Source: Microthyrium microscopicum
Lineage: Eukaryota
Assembly: GCA_010405405.1 (NCBI GenBank)
Contig: MU004243.1
Location: 1-64,000 of the forward strand
Length of the DNA stretch: 64,000 bases
Direction: 5' to 3'
The notes beneath the pieces were generated by a model. The model saw nothing but the letters and a program-made list of their open reading frames with translations, did not search any database and was not told the origin of the DNA. Shown here piece after piece: positions 54,000 through 64,000 of the stretch (position 1 is the stretch's first letter; each line of letters starts with the position of its first letter). The position numbers and the translations under genes are program-made.

Positions 54000-56900
54000 T
54001 AATATACTATAAATAGTAATAATATTTATAAAAATAGTTATCTTTTCGTAATAATAGTAGTAAGTATAGATATTAGTAATATTAAAAGAATATATAAAAG
54101 CTAAAAACTTATAGTATTAATAGAAAGATATAGACTAAAATAGCTAAGAGTAATAATAATTAGTAATTATAGCTAAAGTATTAATATTAGCTATTATAGT
54201 AACTAAATATATAGAAAAAGGTAATAAAATTATAGTTCTAATAGATAGTAATCTCTATAAGAAGAAGTTGCCTTCTACTAATATAAAGTAAAGTATAGTA
54301 AAAGTAAAGGTTTTAGGGAAAGCAAGATAATAAATATAAGTATCTAATATAAGTAATAACTTAATAAGTATTAAGAAACTTACTTATCTAATTCTATAAT
54401 TTAATATTAATATATAGTAAGTATATAAAGCCTATCTAGTAGTTTCCTAGTTAATAATAATAAGTAGCTAATAATAGATAGACTAAATTAATATTAGAAG
54501 TATTATTTCTATAATAGAAAAACTTAGCTAAAGTTTAGTAAATAAGAATAATAGTATTAGTATTATAGGAAATATATAATAGATATAATAGTAGCTCTTT
54601 TAAAACTAAACTATTAAGAGTAGGAGCTATATAATTAAAGCTAAGGATACTAGGTTAATTTTCTTAGAATATATTAGAAGATATTAACTAATAGAAAAGT
54701 ATATATCTAATTAATTAGTATTTATAGCCTCTTTTCTTAACTTTATCTTATTAAATTTATATTAACTTTATTAAATCTTTATATTAGTACTTTAATTATA
54801 TTATATTCCTTAACTTTAAGTATATAATAACTTTCCTAACTATAACGAAGTATAGCTACTTTGTCTCTTAAATTAATCTATATATAGTATTAAATACTAA
54901 TAGTTATAGTTAAATAATTATAATAAGAATAAGAACTAAGTTTATATAATTATAATAGTTTTATTTATTATAATTATATAGGATATAGAGTCTTATAATT
55001 AGAGCTACCTTAAAACCTATAGCTATTTAGAAGAAGTTAGACTAAGCTTATAAGGCTAAGTTAAACCTTACCTTATAAAGATAAAGCGCATTAAGATATA
55101 TCTTATAATATTAAGCCATACTAGATATCTATAATCGTTTAGTAGAGTCCTATAAACTTATAGAGCTAGATTAAACTATTAATTATAAAGAATAAAATAT
55201 ACTTAAGTAGTTATTATTATTATATATAAAGTACGTTAAAACGCTACCTTCTACTATACTATACTTATTATTACTTAAGTTAATATACTAGCTAAACCTC
55301 TACTAATAAGTAAAATTACTATAAACTCTCTACGTTTCTTTAGTAATCTTTTTAATACTCTCTTCTTTCTAGTTAATATATTTATAGATCTAACTATACT
55401 ATAACTACCCTTTAGTAGCTCTACTATATAGTACTATAAATACTAGAACCTAGGTTTTTTAAGAATATTTCTTACTTCTAAAATATATACTTAATATATA
55501 TAACTTCTAAGCTAGTAATACTTATAAGCATTATTACTAGTTAGAGTCTTACTAGTATTTATTTCTTCTATATAACTAATATAAGTTACTTTATGCTTCT
55601 AGTTAAGTAATATAGCCTCCTACTAGTTAATAATTATTAACTAGAAATAATCTAGTATAAGAAGGTAACTTAAAATATTACTATTCTTATAAAAATGCTA
55701 AAGAATTTTCTTAACTAAACTATAGGCCTTAGTAATAGCTATAGCCTTTAAGTTAAAAGACCTAACTAGGCCTAAAAAGAAAGCTTCTATAATAGTAGCT
55801 ACTACGTAAACTATAAATAAAGCTTTTATAGCTTTAACTTCTTTATTAAAGTTTATATAAGTAGTACTATTATAAATACTAGTAGAAGAAATTAAGATAA
55901 TAGAAAATAGTAGGTTAAGAAGAGACGTTATAATAGTATATATAATAAAGAAGTTTATAATATAAGAAAAAACTCTATTAAAATATAATATACTAGCTAA
56001 CTAAGGAGAAGAGAAAAAAGAAAGAGAAGAGCCTTAAGGCGTTCTAATAGAAGAAGTAGTAAAGCTTTTTTAAGAGTAAAGAAGAGAAGAAGACTAAGAA
56101 AGCATAAATAAATTATAACTATTATTATTATTATAATTATTATTATAAACTAGCGTATTATCTTTATCCTTATTCTATATATATAAATCTTCTTTTTCTA
56201 TAGTAAGAGGAGCCTTTTTAAAGATAAGTAAATCCTCCTCTTATAAAGTAAGTAAATTACTATTAAAATTAATAAGTAACGCTAAGGACTCTTACTTAGA
56301 AGAACGTAAGAAAGTAGGTAAAGTAAGGTATTTATGCTTATCTAAGAGCTTAGGCTTAGATAATAATAATTATTAAATTACGTCTAAAGATATAACTACG
56401 CAAGAAGACTACTATAGTAGTAGTAATAGTAGTAAAGAAGAGGAGAGAAAAGTAGGTAGATTTAAGGATAGTAAGCCCTAGACTACTACCTATTCTTCTT
56501 AATTATTATTACTATAATATTATTAATATTATTATTTATAATTTAAAAGTAAAGGAATATACTTATTAACGTTAGGAAGAACATTTAGAAGATTTATATA
56601 CTTATTATAGCGTAAATATATTTCTTATTAATAGACTATTCTAGATTCCCTAATAATTACTATATAGGCTTTAAGGCTATATATCTTTTTTTTACTCTTA
56701 AAATTATATTTAAATAAGTTAGTACAAATATATAGCATATTATAGCGTACTAAATATACTAAAGGCTAGTAATATTAAGGCATCTTTAAAAATCTAATAG
56801 AAAGCTAATATTTATAAAGGGTATATAAAGCTAATATATATATTATTAAAAAGCTTTAAAATATAGAGTAAGGGAAGGTTTTATTATAGTAATACTCTTA

Positions 56901-59900
56901 TTTAACCTATACTCTTATAGAAATAAAGCCTAGTTAGTTTAGGCTATTATTCCCTATTAAAGCTATCTCTAAGAATAATATCTTATTATTCTTTCTTAAA
57001 GTATAAAGTTCTAATAAATTATATAAAGTTTTATAAAGATATTAGCTAATTATATACTAGAATATCTTTATAAGAGCCTATTTACTATAAGAGCGTTAAT
57101 AACATAAGATAGTAAATATTATAAGGTAGCTTATTTATAATAGCCTTATAATAGAATAGATTTCTTAAAAATATAAGAAGTCTATAAGTCTATTTTTTAA
57201 GTACTAGAAGCGTTATAAAAACCTAGAGTACTTATTATTAATCTTAGAATTAAATATTATAGAATAAAATTAACTTACTAAAAGCTATAATAATACTACT
57301 ACTATAAGGTATAGAATAAATAGCTACTACGTAGTCTACTTCTAGGCCTTAGGATAAGAGAAGTATAACTTAGTCTAATAGTACGTAATATAAATTTTAG
57401 AAGATAGTCTCTACTATATAAACTAAAGTTATCTAGATTTAGTAACTAAAATCTTATACTATAAGACTAGGATTAAACCTATAAGATTAGTAACTATATT
57501 ATTACCTATCTATAAGTAAGTTAGTAAGATTTATATAGTATTATCTATTAAATATTAACTACTTACTAACTACTTATAAGCCTATAAAGATAAGCTATAA
57601 TAGGCTTAGAATAGGTAGTATTTAAGATAATAGTCTACTTAAGGCTTATTAGATAAATATAAATTAACCTAAGGAACTCTCTTAGTATAAGGCTTAATAA
57701 ATAAGTAAGAGATATTAAACTAAATACGTATAAATAAGGATCTAATTTCTTAAGCTACTAAGCTACTAAGAAGTAATAAATATAATTTTAAATTTAGCGC
57801 TATAAACTTAGAGGTAGTAACTAGAGATTTAATATTAATACTATAAAGATAATAATTAGGCCTAGAGAAGTATAAGAATTAGTCTAAGAATTAAACTTAG
57901 AAATAGACCTAAATAGCCTTATACGCGTAATAACTAGAGGTTACTAAGTAAGTAAAGTAACTTAAAACTATATATAGAAAGGCGTATAAGTAATATAGTA
58001 TATAATATTAATATTAATATTAAACTTACTAAATATCTTTATAAGGTAAAGCTTTATAAAGCTTAGATATAGAGTAAAGGTATAATAAAGAAATATAAAG
58101 GATTTAGAGTAGTAGATATAGTTAAATACTTATTAGGCCTTAGTCTTAACTAGTTTAAGTAGATACTATAGTAGACTATATTTACTTCTTACCTTTTAGC
58201 TTACTAACTCTCTTTCTATAGGTATTAATATTAATAATATTACTATATAGTAGTTAGTTCTTCTTACGTATTATAAGGATTAAGTTAAGCTAATAGTAAC
58301 TATACTTAGCCTACTATCTTAAGCTATTACCTTATATAGAAATTTAATTTTTACCTAGATATAGTAAGATATAATACTAAAAATAATATACTATAATAGA
58401 TAGAAGGCTATTAATATTATAGTAAGACCTTTTAAGGAAGAAGTAAATATATCTTCTTACGCGCTTTAAACGCTATAGGGTAATAGTATTATATTAAAGG
58501 ATAGCTATACTAGCAAATAGTATATTAACTAAAAGCTTTAATAAAAAAAGTATATAATATAACTTATTATATAATTATACTTTTGCTAAAAATATAGTAA
58601 AGGTTATTAATATATATAGCTTCTATTAATAGTATAATAATAGAATATAGTCCTATTATTAGTAAGCCTATAGTTACATACTACTCTATCTAACTCTACT
58701 AAAAACAATATACCTAGGTAGTAGAAGTTTAGTATTATTATAATATATTTAAATTTATAGGATTATCTAATTTAATCTTAAATAATCTTAGTTAATATTA
58801 ACTAATTAGAGGGTAGTATTTTACTAATATTAAATATAGAGTAAGTAGCTTACTAGGAGTATAGAACTTTACGTACTAGTATTAAAAGATATACTAAGCT
58901 AAAGTAACAATTAGTTAGGAAAGGTAGTATTATACCTCTCCTTTTCTATAAGAATTAATAAACGCCTAATACGCGTTTTTTAGATATAGCTTAACCTAAT
59001 AATTCTCTATTAAGCTCTCTTCTCTACTTATTTAATACTAGTAATACTTAGTAACTAGGTAGCTCTTTTATAACTAAGTAGTATACTTAAAGTATTTCTT
59101 ACTTACTTATTAGCTCTAGCCTAGGTTAAGCTAATAAGTAACTCTATAAGAGTACTATAATATATAGTTCTACTAGTAAGTAGAGATATAAGACTACTTA
59201 GCTTAGAATCCTTAAGAATTATAATATTAACTATAGCTTATAACGTATAGTAATAAGAAGGCTTAGGAATTAGAGAAGAGGCTAATAGTCCTAGAGCTAA
59301 ACTAGATATTAGCGTAGTACTAGATATACTTATTACTTAAAATAGTAAGCTACTCTAGTAATACTATTTTTTATCTTATTTATATACTATAGCTTTAAAA
59401 TAAGCTTTAATATTAGTATAATTAGCTTCTTACTACTATCTAATAGCCTTATTAGTATTCTTAGCTAAGTTAATCTTAATTACTTATTAATTAGTAGATT
59501 AAAATACGCTCTAGCCTCTTATTACCTCTTTTTATTTTTTATATTCCTACCTCTATTACTTAAGTTTAGTAAACCTTATAGGTACTAGAATAGCTAATAC
59601 CTTAAGCTTTTTAAGTAAGTCTATGCTATAGTTATTATATTTATCCTAATTATAAAAAAGAGTTACTTAATCCTTTAACTAATTCTATTTTATTAAGAAT
59701 AGTAGGTTACTAAGCTTAGTAGTATTAAAGAAGATATAAGCTAACTACTATTAAGTATAATAGCTTAGTACTATAAAAGATAATATATTATACTTAGATA
59801 TAGTAAAAAGTAGATATAATCTTTATACCTAGTCTTATACTTAAGCTATAATCTCTTCTAAAGCAAACTAGCTATAACTATTAAGAGCTAAAGGTTTTAG

Positions 59901-62836
59901 TTAGGCTAATTTATTTTTATAAGGAGCAATCTCTAGAAGTAATAAGGCTAAGTTATATCTATTATAGCAAAGTAGTAAATCCTAAGGTAGTAAAAATAGT
60001 ATCTAATCTTTACTAAGAAACTTCTAGATTATAACGTAAATATAATTAGCGTTTACTAAATTATAGAACTTTTAAGAAGTTTTTACTTATTACTTAGTCT
60101 TAAGTTTAAAAAAGAACTTTATCTTCTTTAACTTCTTTTACTTTTTTACTATATTCTAGGTTAAAGGTCTAGCTTAAAACGAACTAGCTATAAGAGATTC
60201 TAATTTAGTAGATTCTTATTCTATATTAGTAAGGCTATTTTTACTAATATCTAATATATTACCTAGTATTTATACTTATAATAGAAGATATAATAAAGCT
60301 TGCTAGAAAAGAGCTAGCTAAGACTAATATTATTATTATATAGCGTAATATAATAAAAGTATATAATATATAGTAGTTTTCTATTAGCGCGTTATAGTTA
60401 TACTAGGCTTAAGTATATCTTAAATAGGTTATTCTTTTATATATTTATTATATAAATAATATAGAAGCTAAATTTTAATTATACTATAGTTATCTTTACT
60501 TTATACACTATAATTAGTATACTACTAGAGATTTAATATATTATAACTAATTAGTATTTTCTAAATAATAATAAGTATAATACTAGGAATATAGTAGCTA
60601 AGTTTAAGATAAGTTATTACTATTATAATTTAAATCTTAGAGTTAGGTTTATAAAAAGTAGTATAGTAGTAATTTTAATTATACTTAGATAACTAAGACG
60701 TATACTTCTTAATAATTTTATTAATATAAAATACTTTAGCCTTTAAATTATATAAGTACTTTTTAGAGTAACTATTAGAAAAATAAGAAGTAAGTATAAC
60801 TAGTAAATAGTAAAAGTATATAAGTGTAATTTAGATACTAAAGATACTATTAATAAAGATAATTATCTTTAATATCTTAAATAGACTATTAACTTTAATT
60901 TTATAATTAGAGCATTTATATATATACTTATACTTAAGTTTAGGATATTAGCTAGAACTATTAATATTAATACTTTCTTTACTTAAAGGTTTACTATTAG
61001 TATTATTCTTATTCTTTATAGAATAAAGATTAAATCTAGAACTTACTATATCTATACTAGTACTATACTTATTATTAGACTATATGTTTTAGCGTTAAAC
61101 TTCTTCTTAGCTAGTAGTTACTTTATAGTAATTCTTATTTACTAAGGTAGTAGTTTTATATACCTACTAAAATGTATACTATAGAATATTATAAAGATTA
61201 TTAAAAGAAGTAAGCTTATCTTTCTTAATAAAGCGTATAATAATAGAAAGATCTAGATAATTAATATTTATTCTTAATAAAGTAGTTTGCTACTAATATT
61301 AACCTAATTATTAAAAGCTACTAAGCTAAAGAACTATTTCCTATACTAGTTAACTTAAGATATTAATATATCTAAACTAAATAATATTCTATAGTAGTAT
61401 TGCTCTAAGCTTACTAATTATAGTAAACTTTATTTAAAAGTTATGCTACTAATAAATAAGATAATACTTATTAATAGTAATATACCTAATTCTTTACTAA
61501 AACTTTACGTCCTTTAGAAGTTTTTAAAAATCTAGAAATAATACTAGCTCTAGTAATAAGAGAATATAACTAAAGTCTCTTTTTCTTATTCTATAAGTAA
61601 GATATTAAATCTTCTCTTTAGAATCTCTTATTAGTAGATAAAGAGTATATCTTATTACGTTCTTAATGCTATTATACTAGTCTTTTCTAAGTCTATTAAG
61701 AAAAATAATCTAGAGTATAATCTTGCCTATTAGAGCACTATAAGTATATAGAATTAGGCTTTTATTAAACCTAGTTTTAGCTATTAAAAGTATATCCTTA
61801 CTACTATAGATTAATATATAAAGGGCTTAAATCTAGGCTTCTTTTAGCTTAATGTCTAGATAGAATTATTTTAAAGTACTTCTTAACACGCTAGGCTATT
61901 TCTTTAAATAACTTTTACCCTAAGTTAAGATATTAATTATCTTCTAGATAGTTTCTAGTTTTATTCTAAGTATCCTCTTAATACGTTTATCTAGTTCTTC
62001 TAGCTCTATCTTATTTAAGTTATATAGTAATAGAGGGTACTATGTCTCCTAGTTATTAGGATAAATACTAAACTATCTTCTATTATTCCTTTACGTAGCT
62101 AATAGCTTCTTTTTAAAATCTAGAGGTACTTTTTAAATTCTTAGTATTTTTTTAGATAGTATTATTAACTTAGGTAAAATAGTTTAGACTTAGGATATAT
62201 AATAAGCATAATAGTTTAGTAATAAGGCATAAGTAAAGCAAGAAAATATTATTATAAATCTTCTAATATCTTCTAATATCTTTTAAGATTATCTAGATCT
62301 TATAAGAAGCAGCAACTTTATAAGGCTTATTAAAGATTTTACTAACGTTTTATAGACCTTAATTAATATATAGTACTAGAAGATTCTCTATATTTATTAA
62401 CTATAAGCCTTTAAAAGTCTATATATATATTCTATAATAAGGAATTAAAAGACTAGGTAAGTAATAATATAGTAGCTAATAGAATAAAAAGAGAGTATAT
62501 ACTACTATTAATAATAATAACCTAAAAATAATGTACTAAATTAAAATAAATATTAGTTTTAAATATATTTATATATATAAAATTATATATACTATAGTAG
62601 TTATTTAGTAGTTACTAGTTAAAGATATGCTTACTAAAATATAAATACATTAAACGTTTTTAGGTATATAGAGAGGATTAGTTTAATTTTATAGTTTTAC
62701 ATTAGTTCTAAATAAAAATAAATTTATTAAAAAGCTAGTTTCTAACTTTAGGTTTATATAGTCCTAATTTTAATCTATAGTACTATAAGAGTAATAGTGT
62801 TAAGTTATTTATAAAAATAGCAAAATTGCGAAGTAA

Positions 62837-62922
62837 GTCGCTACAAAATTTTCCCAGTTGTCCTTAGACGCGACTACGTTGCAGCCAGCGGAGACTTGGC
62901 GCGATCTGATTGGCTGAGATAA
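62837..62922 (-). repeat. Right degenerate terminal inverted repeat
   Basis: Minus strand reads TTATCTCAG..CAGA..TCCGCTGGCT..GTCTAAGGACAACTGGGAAAATTTTGTAGCGAC. Confidence 0.8.
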
Positions 62923-64000
62923 TGGTCCTGCAGCTGACGGCCTTTGTCGCCGCTGAGAATCCAAATGTCGCAGCGTTTGCTCTTCATCCAGGCGTTGTCC
63001 CAACGGATATGTTGGTGGATTCATTCAAGAAGTTTGCTTTGGATAAACCGGAACTGGTGGGTGGAACTGCTACTTGGCTAGCAACTGATCAGGCACGGTT
63101 TTTGACGGGAAGATTCATCAATAGTAATTGGAGTGTTGATGATCTATTGGCGCGGAAGGATGAAATTGGTGGTGGTGATCAGTTGAAGATTGCTCTGCAA
63201 GGAAAGTTCGGGGCCGAACAGTTTCAAAGTTGAAGATTGAATACAACAAATCCTACGTATATATGTTAGCTCTCAGTTCAGATTTTGATAATGAATTGTG
63301 GTTGAAATGTCGCGCATAGAGATGAGCTTGAGCCTCACATCACCCCCAAACACATCCATGGTGTTGATGCGACGAACCGCTGCTCTGTTCAACCAGATGC
63401 AATCAAGCAGCAATATAAATGCCAGAGCTGCTAGGGCTGTTAAGTCGTATTGGTATTGGTTGTTTGGACTGTTAAGCGTAGAAGCCCTTGTGCGTCGCTG
63501 TAAGCAGCCCATGTTTGATGTGTGATGTGATCTGCTCCTCCATCCCTATTTTGGCTTTTCTTGCTTGCAAATATTCAACAACGCCGCACCTGGACCAAAA
63601 AAGCAAAAACAAATACCATGTCAACCTCTCGAGTGTAGTTGGTGAAAAAGAGCCGCAGAAGCAGAAAAGACCCACTTGGATCAGATCGTCGGCAAAATAA
63701 CCAGATCTTGTGCCTGCTTCTACCCGCGAAGGCTCCACACCCCCATCATTCGAACCAGTTCTCGACACCCTCTTCCTCTTTGAGCTCCTGCATCATTCGT
63801 CGTCGCCTTGCATGTTCCTCAACACCAATTTCTCCTCCTTCGTCTCTTCCTGCCAGCTTCCTCTGCTCGACTCTTTCCCTGCACATCTCGGCCCAGGGCT
63901 GACTGCTGTGGACGCTTGTCAGACCCACACCAGGTCTGCCACGCCGTCCTGTGCATCTCCAAGTCAGCCATCCGTCTTCTCCATGGGCCAACTATCTCTC

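Larger units (their letters stand above)
32298..62922. mobile_element. Giant (~30.6 kb) RIP-degenerated TIR DNA element with an 8-bp TSD
   Basis: TGGTCCTG at 32290-32297 and 62923-62930. TTATCTCAG at 32298-32306 and its reverse complement CTGAGATAA at 62914-62922. The interior is almost uniformly RIP-like. Contains N gaps at 38630-39144 and 44667-44871. Confidence 0.9.
31588..63233 (+). pseudogene. Short-chain dehydrogenase/reductase gene interrupted by the 30.6-kb element (parts 31588-32297 and 62931-63233)
   Basis: Exons 31588-31746, 31804-32088 and 32142-32297 + 62931-63233. Has TGASRGLG and NNAG. Removing the insert and one TSD gives in-frame SAYALSKLVVL|QLTAFVAAENPNVAAFALHPGVVPTDM...WSVDDL...stop at 63233. 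Confidence 0.93.

Noticed and set aside
32298..62922. Starship (tyrosine-recombinase) interpretation of the giant element
   Set aside because: No readable captain gene near either end. A full 8-bp duplication of coding sequence with symmetric terminal 9-mers fits a DDE mechanism better. Not formally excluded because RIP hides the coding content.
32298..62922. LTR retrotransposon nest as the outer structure
   Set aside because: No TG...CA long direct repeats at the ends, and the TSD is 8 bp rather than 4-6 bp. Internal nested LTR relics cannot be ruled out by eye.
62910..63233. Standalone 107-aa gene
   Set aside because: It is the 3' part of the interrupted SDR. Its apparent start comes from the TIR/TSD junction.
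63273..63991. Short ORFs at the window end
   Set aside because: No recognisable domain, and all minus-strand frames hit stops. Cannot be supported without downstream sequence.

Overview
This is fungal (Pezizomycotina-type) genomic DNA. It has short GT-AG introns with CTRAC branch sites and large AT-rich blocks that carry a strong RIP signature (CpA/TpG nearly absent, TpA in excess). A GC-balanced island (about 6.3-32.3 kb) holds a protein kinase, a small hypothetical gene, VPS52, cytosolic lysyl-tRNA synthetase, tRNA-Gly(GCC), an intronless bacterial-looking SDR divergent to a Zn2Cys6 factor, a GPI-type repeat protein, a Tma23/G-patch protein, lipin (PAH1), a SnoaL-like gene, a TF-like gene and a second SDR. 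Main result: the AT-rich block 32298-62922 (about 30.6 kb including two N gaps) reads as one discrete giant DNA element. It has perfect 9-bp terminal inverted repeats (TTATCTCAG...CTGAGATAA) inside degenerate ~88-bp TIRs and an exact 8-bp target-site duplication (TGGTCCTG). It is inserted in the last exon of the second SDR, whose reading frame is restored exactly when the element is removed. The AT block at the window start ends in the same CTGAGATAA terminus (6280-6288), suggesting a family. The interior is too RIP-mutated for me to read a transposase. It contains several 80-98-bp tandem arrays and a younger nested 872-bp TA-flanked TIR element.
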